From the NCBI GenBank assembly GCA_038087875.1, contig CM075994.1:5458001-5522000 (forward strand): a stretch of 64,000 nucleotides of DNA, read 5' to 3'. The translations under genes and the position numbers were made by a program. The notes beneath the pieces are model-generated. The model made no database searches and was not told the origin of the DNA. It saw only the letters and a list, made by a program, of their open reading frames with translations. This document shows positions 53,333 through 64,000 of the stretch, piece by piece (within the stretch, counting starts at the first letter, position 1; every line of letters begins with the position of its first letter). Origin of the DNA: Malacoraja senta. Lineage: Eukaryota.

Positions 53333-54005
53333 TTGATACTGGCAGTCAGAAGTTCAGTGGTAGTAAATTGTGGACGCAGCCGCCGATATATCTTGTGCTG
53401 GAACGAACTGTAGATGCTAGTTTCAACTGAAGATAGACACAAAAAGCAGGCGTAACTCAGCGGGTCAGAGAGCATATCTGCAGAAAAGATGACTTCTTTC
53501 CACCACGATCCTAAAGTTCAATGATTCCTTTTCGCCAGAGAAGTTGTCTGATCGGCTGAGTTACTGCTGCTGTTTGTGTCTATCTTCGCCGATATATCTT
53601 GCCTGCCATGAACCAATCTTGTGTTGGTGGCAGAGCTAACGTTTCCATTTTGCAGATTCATTTTAACTTTAAAAAAATATAATTATATTTTAACAATTTT
53701 GAATACAAAATCTTTTCATACATTCCATTATTTTCCTTTTAGGTTCTTTGAGTTTCATAAACTTACATATCACTCTTTTTCCTAATGAAATAGTTAATAT
53801 GTTTTATCTTCCAATCGCCATTCATAATTATTATCTTACAATTCGCTGGAATAACATCAACATGTACACAGTGTAAAATATGTTTATTAGAGCGTCCAGT
53901 TTCTCTGTGGCTACTGGTGTCGAAATGTAGCAATGGAGCGCATCAAGTCGTGGAAGCTTGTATTCATTTTCATGCCGATTAAACGTGTTCGTTGTATTTA
54001 CGTAA

Positions 54006-55783
<1,778 letters not shown>

Positions 55784-56292
55784 TATTTCCTATATTTTCC
55801 CATTTTCACAGAACCCTTGGTTCCACAAAGTTCAAGTGTCTCTGCTTTATCCTTTCCTTGAGAAAAAGGCGTAGCATTTCTTGAATTCCTTTGACATAGT
55901 ATTACCTACCCATTCTCCATGGGGGGGCCTTAAAGTGAACCCAAGCTAAGTTTATTAATCGTTACATCATTTTATTCTTATAGGTGCTCACATAGGCCAA
56001 TATAACTTTCCACGATATTTACTACTCTATTGTTCAACGTTGCGATCCTCTTGTTAGTATTCTGGGGATATGTTAGGCCGGTCACATGATAATTACCAAA
56101 TTTGAATTCATTGTAGATTATTGCGGTACAAGAGGAAACCAAAGGACATAACCATAAACATGTTGTTACTTTCTGATTAACCGTCCTTCATAAGGAGGAA
56201 ATAAGACAATGTATTCAGATGTAGCAGGTGCTATCATAATGCTACGCACCTGAAATTGATCAGAAAATGCTATTTTAAGTTTCAGCTCTCAC

Positions 56293-56328
56293 CTGTTTCT
56301 TTAAGGAGTTTTCTTAATGCTAGTATTA
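56293..56328 (-). CDS. Microexon 2, 36 nt, VILALRKLLKET
   Basis: ttttcattttgattgtacag|TAATAC...GAAACAG|gtgaga; phase 1/1, open; an internal AG would give a 27-nt alternative. Confidence 0.7.
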
Positions 56329-56449
56329 CTGTACAATCAAAATGAAAAATACAAATTAGTATAATTAGCTGTGGACAATTGAGTTCTGCATCGATCAATG
56401 CTCAGATTTATGTCGTTGGTTAAGTGTATGCAATAGACTTGGACGAAAA

Positions 56450-57265
56450 CATCGATGGTTTGTTTTGTAGGTATGCAGACAACAGAACAATTGGTGGAGG
56501 CGCAGACCGTGAAGAAGGCTGTCAAGGGATGCATGAGTATATATGCCACAAACAGGTATGAGAGGAGAAAGGTAATAAGTTATTTAATCCGAGTGTGTGA
56601 GATGTTGCACTTTGGGAGGGAAAATGTAACGGGGAAGTGCGCAGTAAGTGACAGTATCTTTAACAACATTCATGTACATAGGGGTATTGTAATCTTAGTT
56701 CGTACTTCCCGCATAGTAGCAGCATGGGATCTTTAGTCGGAGACTATTTGGAGTAGTGTGTGTACTTTTGCTCGCAACATTTCATGAATAAAGTTAAAGC
56801 TTTGGAGTGGATGAAGATGGGTTTTAGCAGAACACTCCCTGTTTACATTTGTATTTGCTACAAAGGGCTATAAAGACCAAATAATATGTTGGCAAAGGTT
56901 GGAATGTTTCGCCGAAACGTCGGAGAATGAGAGGTCACTATATACTGCAGATGAACACAGTAATATGAAAAGCATAGGTACGGAAGAATGCCACGTTATT
57001 TTCCCCTGAGATTGGAAATTTCTAATGTTTGAGCATTTGTTTGAGGTGAGGAAAGAAATAAAAGAAAATTAGCGAAAATTATTGGAAGTGCTTGGAACTC
57101 GTCCCAATGGTGGTTGTGGAAGAAATCATTGCAGGTGGCTTTGATACTCTTTTTGATAGATACGTGAGTATGCAGGGATATGGGCAGAAGGGATTCGTAT
57201 AAATTGACATAATGGGCAGAACAAATATCATGGGACGAATTGACTGTTCTTGTGCTCCACTGTTC
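56450..57265 (+). mobile_element. Highly decayed CR1 3' fragment
   Basis: Residual CEMLHFGR motif and CR1-like 3' layout. Confidence 0.55.
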
Positions 57266-58632
57266 TTTGTCTCATGTTATAACGTTCAAAGGATGCATTC
57301 ATAATTTTTATCGACGCCAGTGAAAATATGACAATTTGAGTCGCTAAAACATTCGGACAAATATTTTCTGAACGAATAACGGGGAGATTAAAAGCAATGC
57401 AGCAGCAGAATCTCAAGATCATCTCCGTATATTCATCCATAGCTAGGCTTGGCGTCCATTGCCGAAATTTGACAGTTCGCTATGTACCACTGGCATCGTC
57501 ACTGGTAAAATAAGGAATATTTCTAGCTATTTGCAAACTAAATTCGTGAGGGAGAACGTACATTTCTAAGTAACTAACTGCAGGGAGTCGTTGGAGCTGT
57601 TTTCGCAATTGAACCAGGAAGCATGCGTTTTTGGTACGAGAAAGATACGTGGTTATGAAGCAATGGGCGTTGATTTAAATAAGTAAGTGGAAATTTGGTT
57701 TCGAGGTTCCAATCACACCTTCTTCAATGACAGATTGAAATAAATTGTCCTATGGCACAGTTTTGCTCCCGATTCGCATTACTGCCAGGAATACCGTATG
57801 CTTTGCCAAGGAACAAAACAACAATATCGTGGAATTCTCATGTTTTAAATGCATGAATCAGCTCATGGGTCACATGAAATCTGGTACAGAATGCCCATGC
57901 CAACATATCTGCAGTATAGTTTTGCATCTGTGCGGAACGTAGCGTAACTGCAAGATCCTAGAACATGGTTCTGAAAAACTATATCAGTATTCCTCTCGGG
58001 ATGAGATAATTGGCTTCCAATTCCAATATTAACTTATTTGTGCAAGAGCCCATTCTGTACTTGCTATTGGATGCCATTTGATTTCACTTTAACCGGAGAT
58101 CCATTCATCGCACTCCGGCCAATTCTAACAGGTAATTAATATAATTTCCTTTCAATACCTTGGTGCAATTCGGGGCATTGAGGTTTCTACGATTAAATGC
58201 TATGACAAGGGATTTGATTTAGAATGCTCATACCGCAACACAATTCAACAATGGAAAACAAATATTATCGTCAAAACATGATTCTTGGCAACTTTCGGCA
58301 TTTAGCGTCAGTTTGACTTGTCAATAAATAGCAGAATTGCAGAGCTTTCCTTACGAATATAACAATAATATTTTGCAAAGTCAATTAGCAATCGATGTCA
58401 TTCACTCATGCTATGTAAATATGTAAATATGCTACGCGTTAAATGGTATCAACGCAAACTATTTTGAAGGATTTGTAACACCCTATTTTAGCATGAAAAA
58501 TCGATATGAATAGAGGACAACGAATTGTACAATTCCCATTAAATCTGCGTCAATCTGGTCTCTCAAATGTAATTATGATGGACATATGTTATGGTTAAAA
58601 AAAATTGCTGCTGGTGGCAAGTATGCTCTTAC

Positions 58633-58656
58633 CTTCATCTTTTTGCTTCTCTGTTT
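58633..58656 (-). CDS. Microexon 1 of minus-strand host gene, 24 nt, (E)TEKQKDE
   Basis: Minus strand reads catattttccgaacag|AAACAGAGAAGCAAAAAGATGAAG|gtaaga; 3n length, phase 1/1, open. Confidence 0.75.
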
Positions 58657-59814
58657 CTGTTCGGAAAATATGTCATAGTTTCATTCACCTGATTATCTAT
58701 TTCAGCTTAAGTATTTTGTTTAGCAGCAAATGACTTGGAAAATAAATGTTACATTAGAAAAGGCAATGTTTTTTATTTTTCACTAACAATAAACCAAAAA
58801 CAAATGTTGGTGTAGGCGTGCCTATATGCGAGCAAATATGCGACAGTTGTTGATATAGCGCAAAGCAGAATATCCTGCTGGGATATTCTTCAAACTCCAT
58901 GATATCAAACAGTCAAGATTTGGACAATTTCGTAATGACTGCCTAAATAATTCACAATAATAATGCAGTAAATCTAATGCCTTGTGAGCATCTGAGAACG
59001 CTAAAATACAAAAGCATTGAACGTTAACAGAACAATAGACTACGTACTTCTCACGGAATGCCGTACAATTCCAGTGTACAGCTACCAAAACACTAGACGC
59101 ATATAGTCGTTTGTCAATCCGACATTTCGGAATATATACGTGCTTGTGTCTCGTATATGTTCATGTTCTTTTTTTCTCAATTGCGTAATACTCGAATCCA
59201 TCTTAGAACTTTCGCCAAGGGATGTGTCGTCTATGGGCATAGGAGTATGTTCAAGAGCAACGTTAAACAACTGTACATGTTAAGCGGACATGTTCAATCG
59301 AATAGGATCAGCGACTGTGATTGAAAACAACGAGCTGGGATAATTGGCTATTATTTTCTTTTTTCTCTTAACGCAATCTTTCGGATTCCAGTTCGAGTAT
59401 TGGAAGGAAATGTATATATGTAATACTTTATTTTATATTTATTTATTTATTTATAAAATAAAGTATTAAATATATATATATATGCTAATTTCGGATAAGG
59501 AAATTATTGTAATTCTATTAACATTACCTAAGCTGGCAGCATTACGCACTGCACATGCAAGTCAACAACGGAACTGTTTTGCAATGCTTGATAACACGCC
59601 AAATCCATCCTGAACAATCAACGTCTGAGTTACAGGGTGACGGAGTGGATTTAAAACGGATTGACAGTTTCATTAGTTAGACTGTAGCAACATCCAATAT
59701 TTTAATTGTAAGTGATGTCCATTGGGTTTGCATCTTATCGTTAATTGTATCTTGATCATTGCATGAATCAATCCACGAACAAATTTAGAGAACACATCCG
59801 GTTCAATTTATTTC

Positions 59815-61375
59815 TGACATTATTCCAAGAAGATCGATCAGTTCAGGATCATCGCCAGCACAGTGGCAAGGCGGATGACCAACTTCCTCTCCAGCAATGG
59901 CTACATCGACAGCTCAGTGCAAAAGGGAGGTTTGTCTGGAGTACCGGGGTGTCTAAAGGACACGGGAGTTGTGACCCAGCTGATCAGTAAAGCCAGGGAG
60001 AAGAAGGGAAACCTGACAGTGCTCTGGCTTAACCTGGCCAACAACTATGGCTCCATCCCGCACAAGCTGATACAGACAGTCATGGCCAAGCATCATGTTC
60101 CGGGCCAAGGGGCAGATCTCACCCTGGACTAGAACACCCAGTTCAGCATGAGAGTCTCATCAGGGTCAGTAATATCAGTGTGGCACAGACTGGAGGCTGG
60201 GATCATCACAGACTGTACCATCTCTGTGATCCTTTTTGCCTTGGCGATGAACATGATCGTCAAGTCTGCTGAGCCAGAGTGCCGGGGCCCTGGACCAAAT
60301 CTGGAGTGCGCCAACAACCATACAGCGCCTGCATGGACGGCTTGAATGTCACCACTGAGTCAGTACCAGGAGGCAGGTACATCCTGCAGGGGTTGGAGAA
60401 ACTGATTGGATGGGCAAGGATGAGGTTTAAGCCAAGAAAATCTCGTTCACTGGTGCTGAAGTAGGTCAAAGTCATGGACAGGTTCCACTTCAGCATCGAA
60501 GGGACACCATTCCCAACTGTCTCTAAGGCCAGTGAAGAGTCTTCGCAAGGTGATTAACAGCAACCTGAAGGATACAGCATCTGTCCAAGCAACCTGTCAG
60601 GTGCTTGGACAGATTGAGAGCAGTGGACCGGTCGGGGCTTCCCGGAAGTTCAAAGCATGGATTTACCAGCATGGTATCCTGCCAAGGATACTCTGGCCAC
60701 TGCTTGTCTACGAAGTCCCAATATCCATCGTAGAGAGATTGGAGAGGAAAGTGAGCAGCTTTCTCCGGAGGTGGCTGGGACTGACCAGGAGCCTTAGCAG
60801 CATCGCCCTTTACGGAAATAACACCTAACTCCAGATGCCACAGAAGTCCCTGGAGGAGGAATTTAAGGTGACTCCGGCCAGACAGGTGATGATGTACAGG
60901 GACTTTAGTGACACCAAGGTGGCTCAGGCCGGGTGGAGGTGAAAACTGGGAGGAAGTGGAGAGCAGGCGAAGTCGTGCTGTAAGCGGAATCTTGGATACG
61001 CCACAGAGTCCTGGTGGGAGCAGTGACTCGAGGAAGAGCTGGTGTGGGAATCTTCCCAAATCCCCAGTTTAACAAGGCCAAGGGGTAGGAGAGGCGCAGG
61101 CTGGTCCAGGTGGAAGTGAGGGCAGTGGTGGAGGAGGAGAGGTTTACTAAAGCAGTTGGATTGAGGCAGCAGGGAGCCTGGACCAGATGGGAGCAGGCCT
61201 TGGACCGAAAGGTCACATGGACTGAGGTCTGCAGGCTGAACCACAGCACATCAAGTTCCTGGTCCAGGCAGTGTATGATCTTCTGCCCAGACTCATCATC
61301 TGTGGCAAAACGGCATGTCCGGGTTGCCCGCAATGCTCAGGCAAGTGGTCGTTGGAACACATCCTGAGCTGCTGC
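59815..61375 (+). mobile_element. Decayed RLE-type non-LTR retrotransposon fragment, Hero-clade-like (RT to CCHC knuckle)
   Basis: YIDSSVQKGG...LWLNLANNYGSIPHKL; KFKAWIYQHGILPRILWPLLVYE...RRWLGL; CPQC...EHILSCC at the end. Confidence 0.8.
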
Positions 61376-64000
61376 CATATAACCATATAACCATATAACA
61401 ATTACAGCACGGTAGCAGGCCATCTCGACCCTTGTAGTCCGTGCCGAACACGTATTCTCCCCTAGTCCCATATACCTGCGCTCAGACCATAACCCTCCAT
61501 TCCATTCCCGTCCATATAAATATCCAATTGATCTTTAAATGATAAAAACGAACCAGCCTCCACCACCTTCACTGGAAGCTCATTCCACACAGCCACCACT
61601 CTCTGAGTAAAGAAGTTCCCCCCTCATGTTACCCCTAAACTTCTGTCCCTTAATTCTCAAGTCATGTCCGCTTGTTTGAATCTTCCCTACTCTCAATGTG
61701 AAAAGCTTATCCACGTCAACTCTGTCTATCCCTCTCATCATTTTAAAGACCTATATCAAGTCCGCCCTTAATCTTCTGCGCTCCAAAGAATAAAGCCCTA
61801 ACTTGTTCAACCTTTCTCTGTAACTTAGTTGTTGAAACCCAGGCAACATTCTAGTAAATCTCCTCTGTACTCTCTCTATTTTGTTGACATCCTTCCTATA
61901 ATTAGGCGACAAAAATTGTACACCATACTCCAGAATTGGCCTCACCAATGCCTTGTACAATTTTAACATTACATCCCAACTTCTATACTCAATGCTCTGA
62001 TGTATAAAAGCCAGCACACCAAAAGCTTTCTTTACCACCCTATCTACATGAGATTCCACTTTGAGGGAACTGTGCACAGTTATTCCAAGACCCCTCTGTT
62101 CACCTGCATTCTTCAATTCCCTACCATTTACCATGTACGTCCTATTTTGATTTGTCCTGCCAAGATGTAGCACCTCACACTTATCAGCATTAAACTCCAT
62201 CTGCCATCTTTCATCCCACTCTTCCAACCGGCATAAATCTCTCTGTAGACTTTGAAAATCTACTTCATTATCCTCAGCCCCACCTATCTTAGTATCATCT
62301 GCATACTTACTAATCCAATTTACCACACCATCATCCAGATCATTGATGTACATGACAAACAACAGTGGACCCAACACAACCCAAACAACCATCCACCATT
62401 ACTCTCTGGCATCTCCCATTCAGCGACTGTTGAATCCATCTTGCCACTCCACCATTAATACCCAACCATTGAATCTTCTTAACCAACCTTACGTGAGGAA
62501 CCTTGTCAATGGCCTTACTGAAGTCCATATATACAACATCCACGGCTTACCCTTAGAGAGATTTTTCGGTCTGAACGAAATTTCGTTGCCTGCAGTCATA
62601 CATATAATAATAAATGACAAAACACACAATAAACACAAATTAACATCCACCACAGTGAGTTCACCAGGCACCTCCTCACTGTGATGGAGGCAAAAGTCTT
62701 AAAGTCTCTGTCTCTTCCCTCTTTGTTCTCCCTCTGCGCTGAGGCGATCCAGGCTTCTGATGCTGTGACCCCGCCGGGCGACGGTAAGCCAGTCCCGCGG
62801 CCGAATCCGTGCTCCGCGACGGGCCGGCTCAAACTCCGCGGCCCGGGGTGGTCGAAGCTGCCGAAGCTGCCGCCCTCCAGTCCAGCGGACGCAGCTGTAC
62901 TTGCGGGAGCCCCAGAAAAACAGGTCACCAACCTGTGACCTGCGCGCTCCCGACGATGTCGTCCACTGGGCCCGCGGCCGAGCCTCCGGATTCAGGTCGC
63001 CACCAGAAGTTGGCCAGCCTCGCGCTCCCGAAGATGTCGTCCACTGGGCCAGCTGCGGCCGAGCCTCCGGATACCCTCATCAATTTCCCGAGTAACCTCT
63101 TCAAAAAATTCAAGAAGATTAGTCAAACATGACCTTCCAGGCACAAATCCATGTTGACTGTTCCTAATCAGCCCCTGTTTATCCAGACGCTTATATATAT
63201 TATCTCTAAGTATCCTTTCCATTAATTTGCCCACCACTGACGTCAAACTAACATGTCTATAATTGCTAGGTTTACTCTTAGACCCCTTTTTAAACAATGG
63301 AACAATATGCGCAGTACGCCAATCCTCCAGCACTATTGCCGTTTCCAATGACATTTGAAATATTTCTGTCATAGCCCCTGCTATTTCTACACTAACTTCC
63401 CTCAATGTCCTGGGGAAAATCCTGTCCGGACCTGGAGACTTATCCACTTTTATATTTCTCAAAAGTGTCAGTACTTCCTCTTCTTTGAATCTCATAGATT
63501 CCATAGCTACTCTACTTGTTTCCCTCACCTCACATAATTCAATATCCTTCTCCTTGGTGAATAGCGAAGAAAATAAATTGTTCAATATCTCCCCAATCTC
63601 TTTTGGCTCTGCAGATACCTGTCCACTCTGACTCTCTAATGGACCAATTTTATCCCTCGTTATCCTTTTGCTATTAATATAGCTGTAGAAACCCTTTGGA
63701 TTTACTTTCACCTTATTTGCCAAAGCAACTTCATATCTTCTTTTAGCTTTTCTAATTTCTTTCTTAAGACTCTTTTTACATTTTTATACTCCTCAAGCAC
63801 CTCATTTACTCCATGCTGCCTATAATTATTGTAGATCTCTCTCTTTTTCCGAACTAAGTGTCCAATTTCCCTTGAAAACCATGGCTCTTTCCAATTTTTA
63901 CAATTTCCTTTCAACCGAACAGGGACATAAAGATTCTGTACTCTTAAAATTTCACCTTTAAATGTCCTCCATTGCTCTTCCACATCTTTCCCATAAAACA
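61376..64000 (-). mobile_element. CR1 LINE (second family) running off the window, interrupted at ~62550-63075
   Basis: ORFs 61751..62392 (YADDTK), 62992..63723 (KSPGPD, QHGFVPGRSCLTNL); (CCATATAA)n tail on the plus strand. Confidence 0.93.

Noticed and set aside
53767..53781. 15-nt minus-strand candidate exon (ctatttcattag|GAAAAAGAGTGATAT|gtaagt)
   Set aside because: Good splice sites, but it ends in T and would create TAA on joining microexon 3; could be a poison exon, unsupported without RNA data.

Overview
Repeat-dense vertebrate genomic DNA. The repeat spectrum (V-SINE/HE1-type SINEs, CR1, Rex1/Babar, Hero, Penelope-like elements, Gypsy, Tc1, hAT, Harbinger MITEs, Helitron) suggests a cartilaginous fish, probably a skate or ray; this is inference. 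All recognisable long ORFs in the track are decayed transposon fragments or their antisense shadows. The main hidden signal, invisible to the ORF track, is a minus-strand host gene that crosses the window as at least 17 tiny (24, 27 or 36 nt) AG/GT-bounded, symmetric phase-1 microexons. Spliced in order they give 480 nt without a stop, encoding a charged, coiled-coil-like peptide. Five exons (xxxxTDKDx) each sit in one unit of an old ~2.5-4 kb tandem array at ~27.7-43.5 kb. Other notable items: a Gypsy element with a 32-nt tRNA-Trp match at its PBS, split by a hAT element carrying further nested inserts; many Penelope-type minimal hammerhead ribozyme motifs, some with target-site duplications; and a non-autonomous Helitron carrying a promoter-like cassette. 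Coordinates were read by eye. Exon, LTR and TSD boundaries were counted base by base; other repeat boundaries are approximate.
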